The notes beneath the pieces are model-generated. The model did no database searches and was not told the origin of the DNA. It saw only the letters and a program-made list of their open reading frames with translations. DNA of 64,000 nt from Candidatus Thalassarchaeaceae archaeon (GTDB lineage Archaea; Thermoplasmatota; Poseidoniia; Poseidoniales; Thalassarchaeaceae), in the NCBI GenBank assembly GCA_030747485.1, contig JASLKP010000001.1, forward strand, positions 137,971-201,970. The letters are read 5' to 3'. This document shows, piece by piece, positions 54,907 through 63,072 of this stretch. How positions within the stretch are numbered: position 1 is the first letter of the stretch; each line of letters begins with the position of its first letter. Position numbers and translations under genes: made by a program.

Positions 54907-57900
54907 TTAGTCAAAGAACTCGTCAAAGTCATCTGCGAAATCATCCAAACCCATTTCTTCACGGCGGCGGCGTTGAATGGCTGCCTTTCGACGTGCCTTT
55001 CTCTTCTGGTCACGATATTTATTGATGAGCATCGGGACCAACAAGAGATTCATCAACAATACGCCAAAGGATACCATTGCTGCAAGTTGAAACTGTTCTG
55101 AATCGATGTCATCCAACAACTTCCCATACCATGGCGATGGGCCAATCAATGGTAATTCTGGTGGAGGTGGCGGAGGCGGAGGAGGGGGCTCCTGATGATA
55201 ATCCCAGTATTGATCTTCAATGATGACACCCTGTGCATTTCCACTTCGTACCAGATAATCGCTATTTCCAACAACATCGAATGGAATGAGTACATAGTAG
55301 TAATATCGTGACAAATGAATATCTTGATTCATGCCACCTTCGGTTTGATTAAACCAACTCATCTCACCTGGCTCACCGGTTAGACCAGTGGCAAGTGGTT
55401 CCATGTATCGAACACTGGTCACCGTTAGTTCGGCTCTATACATATTCCATGTGAGTGGACCTTGATCATCAATTTCTGGCCAAGTCCATGACAAATGGAC
55501 GGAGTGCAGTTGTGAGTTTGTGTTGTTATTGAATGTAATTTCAGAATCAAAATTGAGGACCTGTGACGTTGGAGGAAGGGCATCGACGCAAATTTCCTCG
55601 ACATCCATACGTTCTGTAATTTCATTCCAAGTTCCACGAGTCACATTCCCATGATGCCAATCCGTCACACCAGCGCGAGATGTTGAAAGAACAAGGTAAG
55701 ACAAACAAGTTCCTTGTTCCCAATAAGTTGGATCATCCCAAGATGTCGCACCCGGTGACAAATCGACTAACTCATACCCCATTGTGGCAGAATTGAATTG
55801 AGATTGGGACGTAAATGGATAAGCGAATAGTAAGTCAGTCTTACGATACAATCTCCACCCACCAAAGTATGGATTGTCAACATCACCGCCATTATCCCAA
55901 GCGACTGTAACTTGTCCGTCCTTCTTGAGGACAACATCGAGATTGTCAGGATTAACAACAATTGGTGGTAATTCGCCAATAATCATGAATGAACCTCCGA
56001 TGTCGCTAGAGATTGAGATAAATCCAGAACCATTGCTCTGCATTTCATAGGCATCACCGGTTTCAGAAAATTCAGTTAAATCAGTTGTATTCCAATCTGG
56101 AATTCGGAGAATTTCAATCGTACTCAAATTGATTGTATCAGGGAGCATCGCATCAATGTCTAGCCAAGCATCTAGTGTATCAACGTCGAAATCGCCACTC
56201 AATAATGGCAGCATTGAAAGATTAAACATCATCAAGGGCGCCTTATCCTTATTGAAGGCCGCAGGATACAATCGATTTGGTTGTGGTAATTGTGGTTCGT
56301 CCCAATGATATTCCATTGCATAAGTCGACACACCCAAACCCTCCAGAATATATGGAGCCTGCTCAAATTCAACTCTGTTCAAAATCCTCACTGGTTGAGT
56401 TGCAATCTCAACGTTACCAAATGCATCTTCTACGAATAGAGTCAATGTCCATTCACCCATTGGCAATGTAATGTTGGCAACTTGACCATACCCCAAAATA
56501 TCCAGATAATTCAATTTCCAAGTGAAATTCAATGGCATCGGAGAAAGTGGGTCTGTTCCAGCGACTGCTAGAATGGTTTCACCGGTTTCATATACTGCAT
56601 TGGCCAATGGATTGGCAACCACAGGTGCTGTCGTACCGTAATTGATGGTGATTGATTGTTCAAACCAATTGTCGGCAGGGAGGATATCGATGCCCCCATC
56701 AATGGGTGTGATGCTGACATTCATGACAAAATTACCAATGACATCAATATCAAAATCACAGCGAGATTCTTCTTCTGGTTGTAAGGTCACCTCACAGGTA
56801 TAGGGGCCTGCCGCAATATTACCACCAACGAGTTCATTCAGAAGCAATTCAACTCGGCTTGTTGTAGCCATGTACCCAATATTTCCTGGCACAATACGAA
56901 TCGAATCATCGCCGTATGGATATCGAACTAAAAATTCTCCATTATCCTCCACATAAGTGACTGGTCCGCGTGCAGGGACGACTTCGCGAATCCAAACATC
57001 AACGCTATCATTGAATACCATTGTGAATGATATTCGATCATTGTGAGGATTTGGATCGATGAAGGCATCACCAATTCCTGCTCGGATGAGATATTCACCT
57101 GGTTCAGGTGCTGTGATATTGGGGAGTGGGATGTATTGTGAACTAAACGTTCCAGAATAACCACTCACCATATGGGAATCACTTGCAACCACAATATCAG
57201 GTACTCGAACAAAGGCAGAAAAACAAATCGTTCCGTTGGCAAAATCTGTGAACAGGCGCTGACTATGAGGTGCACCATCTCCTGTGAAATTAAACCAATA
57301 AGAATACAATTCAGTGCCATTGAGAGTGGCAACGATTTCTACTGTATGTTCTGAATCAAATGCGGAACCAATTACATCAATATCTGCCAGGATTTCACCT
57401 GAATCATTTCCTACAGTAACGCTAACCTCGTATGGTGCACGATGAATTGTAAAGGACGAATCCATGTGAGTATAGGTGTGATTGATGATGGGACCATTCA
57501 TGTCATAATTTCCAGTGTAAAACATATCCCACTCTACACAATCATTTGCCTCTGCAACCAATGAGTCAATGAGGTGCATCGACCAATCAGTTGTGAATGA
57601 TTGATCAGGCATCCAAGAACGCCCTTGGACATCTAACGATGCCTCAATGGGAGTGGCGCTATTGAAAACATGCTGCGTGTCGACATTATGACCATTGACT
57701 ACCAAGTCCCGCAGTGGTTGATCGAAGGAAAATGTGTAAACGAGTTTGTCATCACTCGTATCGATGTCACCAGGAATCAATGTGAATATGATAGTATGAA
57801 CTCCTGGATTGGCAGGGTAGAAGTAGATATTGCTGAACTCAACATTAACCGATTCAAGTGGACCCAACGGTGGAATATTGGTTAGAGCCCATTCAGTGGC

Positions 57901-58230
57901 ACTTCCACTCGGACAACTTTGTTGGGATGTTCTGTCACCTTCACAAATTTCTACTTTGATTTGACGAGTATCTGTTCCAGTCATCAAATCGTTATTGATG
58001 GTGACTTTTGGGAAAATCATCTCATTGAAGTCATAATGGGCACCAGCCATCGGAATCACGCCCGAATCAATGGAAATATCTTCGGTTGCAGGTGATGCCG
58101 AAACTGTCCCTAATAGCCCTAACATCGAACTCAAAATGAGTAAAATCACAAGAGATGGTGCACTGATTAAACCAACTCGATTTGTGCGAATTGGACGCGC
58201 CCGTAGGGCGCGGCGAGAGGGACCCATCAA
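54907..58230 (-). CDS. Large (1,107 aa) secreted surface protein with a poly-proline stalk, a C-terminal TM anchor and a basic/acidic tail
   Basis: The N-terminus is MMGPSRRALRARPIRTNRVGLISAPSLVILLILSSMLGLLGTVSA. The C-terminus reads ...QEPPPPPPPPPPELP...AAMVSFGVLLMNLLLVPMLI-NKYRDQKRKARRK. The body is a long beta-rich ectodomain with many N-x-S/T sequons. Confidence 0.8.
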   Translation of the reverse strand: MMGPSRRALRARPIRTNRVGLISAPSLVILLILSSMLGLLGTVSASPATEDISIDSGVIPMAGAHYDFNEMIFPKVTINNDLMTGTDTRQIKVEICEGDRTSQQSCPSGSATEWALTNIPPLGPLESVNVEFSNIYFYPANPGVHTIIFTLIPGDIDTSDDKLVYTFSFDQPLRDLVVNGHNVDTQHVFNSATPIEASLDVQGRSWMPDQSFTTDWSMHLIDSLVAEANDCVEWDMFYTGNYDMNGPIINHTYTHMDSSFTIHRAPYEVSVTVGNDSGEILADIDVIGSAFDSEHTVEIVATLNGTELYSYWFNFTGDGAPHSQRLFTDFANGTICFSAFVRVPDIVVASDSHMVSGYSGTFSSQYIPLPNITAPEPGEYLIRAGIGDAFIDPNPHNDRISFTMVFNDSVDVWIREVVPARGPVTYVEDNGEFLVRYPYGDDSIRIVPGNIGYMATTSRVELLLNELVGGNIAAGPYTCEVTLQPEEESRCDFDIDVIGNFVMNVSITPIDGGIDILPADNWFEQSITINYGTTAPVVANPLANAVYETGETILAVAGTDPLSPMPLNFTWKLNYLDILGYGQVANITLPMGEWTLTLFVEDAFGNVEIATQPVRILNRVEFEQAPYILEGLGVSTYAMEYHWDEPQLPQPNRLYPAAFNKDKAPLMMFNLSMLPLLSGDFDVDTLDAWLDIDAMLPDTINLSTIEILRIPDWNTTDLTEFSETGDAYEMQSNGSGFISISSDIGGSFMIIGELPPIVVNPDNLDVVLKKDGQVTVAWDNGGDVDNPYFGGWRLYRKTDLLFAYPFTSQSQFNSATMGYELVDLSPGATSWDDPTYWEQGTCLSYLVLSTSRAGVTDWHHGNVTRGTWNEITERMDVEEICVDALPPTSQVLNFDSEITFNNNTNSQLHSVHLSWTWPEIDDQGPLTWNMYRAELTVTSVRYMEPLATGLTGEPGEMSWFNQTEGGMNQDIHLSRYYYYVLIPFDVVGNSDYLVRSGNAQGVIIEDQYWDYHQEPPPPPPPPPPELPLIGPSPWYGKLLDDIDSEQFQLAAMVSFGVLLMNLLLVPMLINKYRDQKRKARRKAAIQRRRREEMGLDDFADDFDEFFD
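58196..58212. repeat. GC-rich hairpin CGCGCCC-GTA-GGGCGCG (GTA-triloop family) inside the 5' end of the 54907..58230 ORF
   Basis: Perfect 7-bp stem read directly from the sequence. On the minus strand it encodes the RRALRAR part of the signal-peptide n-region. Confidence 0.7.
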
Positions 58231-58323
58231 AACGACGACGACAAACAGTCCGTAAATACCCCTCGGCGAAAAGGGAGGGTATCGCGCATATTATCCAATT
58301 ATGCGAATCAGGCCACAGTATTG

Positions 58324-59436
58324 ATGGATACCCAGTATTTGCGCTCATTCATGGCGGGGTTACTCGGAGCCAACAACTCGCCTGGAAAATGGCGTAGAGA
58401 AAAGTCAGATGAAGGTCTGACTGCCGTGATTGAATTCCTCTCAGCTTTCGTTCTATTTCTTGTAATTGTCAGTGCTTTCCTTGCATTGAGTCAACTGAAA
58501 CTTGGTAGCAATGTTGCAGATACCGATCGCCTCGACCAAATGGCCATTGATGGGTTGGAAAGATTGACTGATTCAAAGGGCCACATCGTCCTTCGAGAAG
58601 ATGGGGTTCGAAACCTCTCAAGCGCGACCGATGATTGGCATTTATTCAACGCGAGTACATTGCTTATTGGAGACCACCTCCCAGGACTTGGAGATGGGCA
58701 CGGACATATCGATGTAAATCGAGTCACAGCATTGTCAAATATCACTGAGGATCGACTCATCCACGGACTTGGCCTGAAAGTGTGGATGAGTTTGAATTTG
58801 ACTATCACCGTTGTGGAAAGTTCCGATGCTGAAAGAATTGGCGACGTGCTATTCGCTGATGGTTCATCCCGTAGTGAAGCAACCCGCGGATCTACTGCCA
58901 GTCGTCAGATGTACATGGGAGATGAACAAGTGCGTATTACTCTAGAAGTCCATGATGCAGGGAGAATCCCATCTGGAATGCGCATCACCGAGATGATGGT
59001 TGACCCAGAATTAGGTCCACCAGAATGGGTAGAAATTGAAAACCCAGGTGGATTTGCTGTCAACCTTTCAGGCTGGAGTCTTGCTCACCCTGGCGCATTC
59101 ACACTGATTGGTGATGGAGCCCTCTCAGGTGGGTCGAGAATCATTTGTACTGGTAACCCATCATTACAATACAATCCAACAAATGTACAGATGATCGATT
59201 TGAGTGCATCAGGCGTATTGGGAACTGGCGCCATCGATGCATTGTCAGTAAATGGGGACACCATTGACTTGAGTTGGACTGAACCTGGGACCGTCGATAC
59301 TCAAATTGTCATGCGTGTGACATGGGATAGTTCATGGGCGATTGAAAGTAATGCTTCTCTGACCTATGATTTGGTCGGATCTCCGCTAAGTGTCGACAGT
59401 TGGACATCAATGCCTGTTGGCACACCCGGCTGGTAA
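58324..59436 (+). CDS. Membrane-anchored protein with a prepilin-like N-terminal hydrophobic segment and a C-terminal lamin-tail domain (LTD)
   Basis: The N-terminus reads ...RREKSDEGLTAVIEFLSAFVLFLVIVSAFLAL: a charged region, a Gly, then a hydrophobic helix containing Glu. The LTD signature is ITEMMVDPELGPPEWVEIENPGGFAVNLSGWSL. The exact start is uncertain (TTG 58321, ATG 58324 or ATG 58351). Confidence 0.7.
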   Translation: MDTQYLRSFMAGLLGANNSPGKWRREKSDEGLTAVIEFLSAFVLFLVIVSAFLALSQLKLGSNVADTDRLDQMAIDGLERLTDSKGHIVLREDGVRNLSSATDDWHLFNASTLLIGDHLPGLGDGHGHIDVNRVTALSNITEDRLIHGLGLKVWMSLNLTITVVESSDAERIGDVLFADGSSRSEATRGSTASRQMYMGDEQVRITLEVHDAGRIPSGMRITEMMVDPELGPPEWVEIENPGGFAVNLSGWSLAHPGAFTLIGDGALSGGSRIICTGNPSLQYNPTNVQMIDLSASGVLGTGAIDALSVNGDTIDLSWTEPGTVDTQIVMRVTWDSSWAIESNASLTYDLVGSPLSVDSWTSMPVGTPGW

Positions 59437-59519
59437 AATTCACCGAACATGTGAATCGATTCGGTACTGTTCCAACCATCGGCTTATCTAAGGGCTGTCG
59501 AATCGGAGGGTCGTCCACC

Positions 59520-60281
59520 ATGATGCCTACGCCCCAATACGAACGCGACCGTTGTGTCACCGGCATCACCGGTCTCGACGAAATATTACGCGGAGGTATT
59601 CCCTATGGGTCCACCGTTTTGGTCGCAGGTACATGCGGATCAGGGAAGACTACACTCTGCATGGAGTTCTTGGTCAATGGCGCACGATCGGGCGAGGCCT
59701 GTGCACACTTCTCAGCCACGGAACCATCTGTCAAATTACTCGAAAACGTCAGACAATTCGATTTCTTCGATATGCGACTCGTCGATCAAGGACTCATCAA
59801 CGTCTTCGACATGGATGTATTGTTTTCATGGCTTGGAATGACCAAATCGACATTTGAATTGTCTGACATCGATGCAATGGTGAAATCAATCACAGATATT
59901 GTCAACACGATTGGAGTGACACGATTGGTAATCGATTCAGTCACAACGCTTTGTTACAAGATTCCGAGTGAACAACTCATTCGGGATTTCTTGTTCAAAC
60001 TTGGTAAGGCCCTATCCACCCTTGGCTGCACGGCTTTACTTGTCTCAGAGATTACATCATCTGGAGCCAAGGCATATTGGTCCTCTTTTGGCGTTGAGGA
60101 AGCGATTCTTGACGGTATTGTCGTCCTTGGAGATGTTGAAAGAATGGGACATTTGCTCAGATTTATTCAAGTTGTCAAGATGCGTGGGACGCAACACTCA
60201 CGTGCGAAATACGCATTTGAGTTGACACCAAAGGGTGTGATGCTCACGCCGATGCTAAAGTGGGGTGCAGTGAATGATTGA
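59520..60281 (+). CDS. Single-domain KaiC/RecA-superfamily ATPase (intact Walker A and B)
   Basis: TGITGLDEILRGGIPYGSTVLVAGTCGSGKTTLCMEFL carries Walker A, and RLVIDSVTTL is Walker B. The C-terminal motif is IQVVKMRGTQHS. The start is set at the ATG at 59520, because the track extension from 59400 overlaps the upstream gene. Confidence 0.85.
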   Translation: MMPTPQYERDRCVTGITGLDEILRGGIPYGSTVLVAGTCGSGKTTLCMEFLVNGARSGEACAHFSATEPSVKLLENVRQFDFFDMRLVDQGLINVFDMDVLFSWLGMTKSTFELSDIDAMVKSITDIVNTIGVTRLVIDSVTTLCYKIPSEQLIRDFLFKLGKALSTLGCTALLVSEITSSGAKAYWSSFGVEEAILDGIVVLGDVERMGHLLRFIQVVKMRGTQHSRAKYAFELTPKGVMLTPMLKWGAVND

Positions 60282-60861
60282 ATTGGACGGTAGCATCGCT
60301 CAACAACTTGCTGAGGAAGTTTCACCATCATCTGCCATCCAAGTTCGAGTGGGGACGAGTAACTCGTTCTTGGTCATCGCATCAATTCTACAACCGCTCC
60401 TGCAAGGATTTGGCATGCGGGGTGTGTATATTTGTGCATCAAAACCGGCTATGGAAATCATCCAGACCCTTGAGGAAATAGGCATCGATCCAGGACAAAT
60501 TCAATTCATTGACACAGTATCTAGTGGATTTATCGGTGGGACTGAAACCCCATATACAAACATCCAATATGTGGATAGCCCAATCATGCTAGAATCGATT
60601 ATGCTGCAGACGCTTTATCACCTTCAAGCCAATACTGAAACTGGGAGTTTTGTCATGCTAGACTCAGTCAATGCGCTCTCAATTTACAATGAAAAGAGAA
60701 TGCTGGCTGAATATCTCCACACGTTTGTGAACACCTTCCGCGCACGCGAGGTGCTAACGGCAATTGTGAATGTACCAGATCAAACTCCACCTGGTGTACT
60801 AGCCAACCTAGATTTGTACTGTACAGATTTAATTGACAGAGGACAGGTAGTCATCCATTGA
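60274..60861 (+). CDS. RecA-fold-like protein lacking a P-loop (degenerate KaiC-like paralogue)
   Basis: 195 aa. It overlaps the preceding gene by 8 nt (ATGATTGA). A Walker-B-like segment, SFVMLDSVNAL, is retained, but there is no GxxGxGK[ST]. The assignment rests only on pattern and context. Confidence 0.5.
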   Translation: MIELDGSIAQQLAEEVSPSSAIQVRVGTSNSFLVIASILQPLLQGFGMRGVYICASKPAMEIIQTLEEIGIDPGQIQFIDTVSSGFIGGTETPYTNIQYVDSPIMLESIMLQTLYHLQANTETGSFVMLDSVNALSIYNEKRMLAEYLHTFVNTFRAREVLTAIVNVPDQTPPGVLANLDLYCTDLIDRGQVVIH

Positions 60862-60873
60862 GGAGGTTAAGAT

Positions 60874-61695
60874 ATGACAACAACAGTTCAATTCGATGCT
60901 GACGATGAAGACTTCTATGGCGACATGGGAAGTATTGGTTCAGCTAAATTCGATGCCATTCTTACAGGGACACCCATGAATAAGGGGAGTATTCCACGTG
61001 GATTTACGATGCTAGCAATCGGAAATCAAGGAGCAGGTATGGATTTGTTTGGTAAACAATTTACATCTGTAGCCGAAGACCCTGAAAATACGTTACTCGT
61101 CTCCACCGTAGAGAGCCAAGCCGAGATTCTCTCGTTGTACAAACGCTATGATTGGCCCACCGACATCATGGTTAGAACAGTTGGTGAAGAATACAACAAA
61201 CAGGTTCTCGAACGTGAACTACGTGCGAGCAAATATCGATTAGAAGGATTCTCAATGGCTGACATCCAGCGATTGGCGCAAACTCGATTCGTAGACAATG
61301 ATGTTCACGACTACCTGACTGATTTAACCAGCCAAGTCACGGGATTACCCCCCTACTTCCGAGCCACAATCGACAATCTAGACTTCTTCTTCGCTCGAAA
61401 TGATCCCTCGCGTGTCATTTCGATGCTGCGAATGATGCAAGCACACACTCAACTCAACCGCGGCATGATGGTTCTCAATGTCTCAAGTGACATGGTGGAC
61501 AAATCAATTGAACGGGAATTGTATTCTATTTGCGATATCGTGTTAGAGTTTGAAGTTGGTATGCTTGGAACGGATTTCGAAACGAGAATGGTGATTCGAA
61601 AATTCCGAAATGGACCAGAAAATCTCCGTGCCATCAGCTTCCGCGTAACAAAAGAAGAAGCCATCACTCCAGAGACAGTGGACCGTATCGCTTGA
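60874..61695 (+). CDS. KaiC-like protein with a degenerate Walker A (predicted pseudo-ATPase)
   Basis: GSIPRGFTMLAIGNQGAGMDLFGKQF aligns to the KaiC consensus GGIPxGxxxLxxGxxGxGKTxFxxQF, but with GK[ST] replaced by GMD. The C-terminal MVIRKFRNGPENL corresponds to the KMRG motif. GGAGGT lies 7 nt upstream of the ATG. Confidence 0.7.
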   Translation: MTTTVQFDADDEDFYGDMGSIGSAKFDAILTGTPMNKGSIPRGFTMLAIGNQGAGMDLFGKQFTSVAEDPENTLLVSTVESQAEILSLYKRYDWPTDIMVRTVGEEYNKQVLERELRASKYRLEGFSMADIQRLAQTRFVDNDVHDYLTDLTSQVTGLPPYFRATIDNLDFFFARNDPSRVISMLRMMQAHTQLNRGMMVLNVSSDMVDKSIERELYSICDIVLEFEVGMLGTDFETRMVIRKFRNGPENLRAISFRVTKEEAITPETVDRIA

Positions 61696-61697
61696 TT

Positions 61698-62714
61698 TCA
61701 AGCGAGCAAACTAAACTGCTCAAGTGCCCATGTGATTGGGTCACCAAGAAGTATAAACGGCAAAATAGCTGGAAATACAAAGAGAAGGAATGGATATTTT
61801 GCAGTCACCCATGCCTTTTCACAACCTTCTGCTGCCAATTCATCAATCACAGCAGCAACATCAGTTTCCGCTCGACTTCCACGGAGAGGACGCATTCGCC
61901 TCATCACACCACGAGTCCCATCGGGCCGATCAACCATTTCTTCCAAAAGCCAAACATGGTTGTTAGGAATCTCTGCAAGTGGCATACGAAAAGCATGCCA
62001 TGACATCTCAAGAGGGAATGCGTCTCCTGCTTTGAGGTTGCGAATGAACATGATGAAAGGAAGAACAAGGAATGCTAACCCCGCCCAAATCATCAGAGAT
62101 AATGCTGGAGGCATTGCAGTGAAATGTACATCCACCAGTAATGGAACAGGTGCACCATTCCATGAAGGAATCAATAGTGCTGCAAGCATCATTGCTTTGG
62201 CATCTGCACCCCCGTGTAACATTCGAAATCGCCAAGCCATTTCGAAGAATAGCAAAACAACACCGATTAACAACATCTGACCCCACAAGAGGGCCATGCG
62301 TTCGGCTTCAGGATCCAACAATAACCCGGCATCGACACTGAAGTAATCGACGAGTACTGGGCCATGAACAAACGCACCCATCCCCAATCCCACAGCACTG
62401 GCAAGATACCAGATTGTTACGGCAATGTCGATACGTGAACCACGGAGTAAATCCCCTAAATCAGGACGTCCGATGAGTGCAGTTGAGGCAAACGACAATG
62501 CTGCCGAGGCAGTCAACCAAACCATCCAATCAGCCTCAAGGACAAGCAATTCCAAACACAACAAGAAGATGGTTGGTTTTGCCCATGACCACCACCAATC
62601 ATTGGAGACTCGGCGGGTCTTGTGATCTAGCCATGCTGCGCCACCGAAACACAGGATGAGGACAGCGATTCTGGTCCATCCAATGAGTTCGAGAGGTGTG
62701 GTCCCGTCCAGCAT
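61698..62714 (-). CDS. A24-family aspartic prepilin/preflagellin peptidase (FlaK/PibD-like)
   Basis: Polytopic membrane protein. The first catalytic Asp context is AWLDHKTRRVSND and the second is LHGGADAKAMMLAALL, which fits the GxGD/GGADxK motif. A FlaK-like extra soluble segment lies near the C-terminus. Confidence 0.8.
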   Translation of the reverse strand: MLDGTTPLELIGWTRIAVLILCFGGAAWLDHKTRRVSNDWWWSWAKPTIFLLCLELLVLEADWMVWLTASAALSFASTALIGRPDLGDLLRGSRIDIAVTIWYLASAVGLGMGAFVHGPVLVDYFSVDAGLLLDPEAERMALLWGQMLLIGVVLLFFEMAWRFRMLHGGADAKAMMLAALLIPSWNGAPVPLLVDVHFTAMPPALSLMIWAGLAFLVLPFIMFIRNLKAGDAFPLEMSWHAFRMPLAEIPNNHVWLLEEMVDRPDGTRGVMRRMRPLRGSRAETDVAAVIDELAAEGCEKAWVTAKYPFLLFVFPAILPFILLGDPITWALEQFSLLA

Positions 62715-62796
62715 GTTATCAAGGCGTGTACAGGAAATCGCCTTAAAGCAAGCCCTGCCCCCGAACGCTGAGAACTCATGTTCAGGGTGTGTTTAG

Positions 62797-63072
62797 ATGA
62801 CTGCGGAGATAGAAGCACGAATAGAACAGATTGCTTCGGTAATCGAACAATTAGATGATCCAAAGGTACCCCGGAATATCCGAAAAGGTGCCAAGGATAC
62901 GGTGGAAAACTGGTTGAAGAATAAGAACAAACAACTCGATGTCCGAATCTCAATCACTCAAGCCAATTTGGAAGAACTTTACGAAGATCCAAACATTCCA
63001 ATGGAATTCGGTACATTGATTCTACAAATCAATACCGCACTTGAGCAGATGCTTACTGAGTTGCTTTCCTGA
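62797..63072 (+). CDS. UPF0147-family small archaeal protein
   Basis: 91 aa, with DDPKVPRNIRKGAKDTVENW...LYEDPNIPMEFGTLILQINTALE. This matches the UPF0147 pattern (sVPRNiR ... DPNmP) as I recall it. Confidence 0.65.
   Translation: MTAEIEARIEQIASVIEQLDDPKVPRNIRKGAKDTVENWLKNKNKQLDVRISITQANLEELYEDPNIPMEFGTLILQINTALEQMLTELLS

Noticed and set aside
58188-58230. A possible twin-arginine (Tat) signal, SRRALRA, at the N-terminus of the 1,107-aa surface protein, with tatA present in the window
   Set aside because: The RR is separated from the hydrophobic core by a further basic stretch of about 10 aa. There is no F-L-K consensus, and the residues are dictated by the embedded GC hairpin. A Sec-type signal is equally or more likely.
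54780-58320. tRNA-Ser as the integration site of a mobile island carrying the surface-protein/KaiC cluster
   Set aside because: I recognised no integrase, transposase or direct repeat of the tRNA 3' end, and the flanking genes (gyrA, UPF0147, asparaginase) look like core genes.
59400-59519. A 40-aa N-terminal extension of the KaiC-like ORF (MDINACWHTRLVKF...)
   Set aside because: It overlaps the end of the LTD gene by 37 nt and precedes the conserved KaiC N-terminus. The ATG at 59520 gives a normal-length protein.
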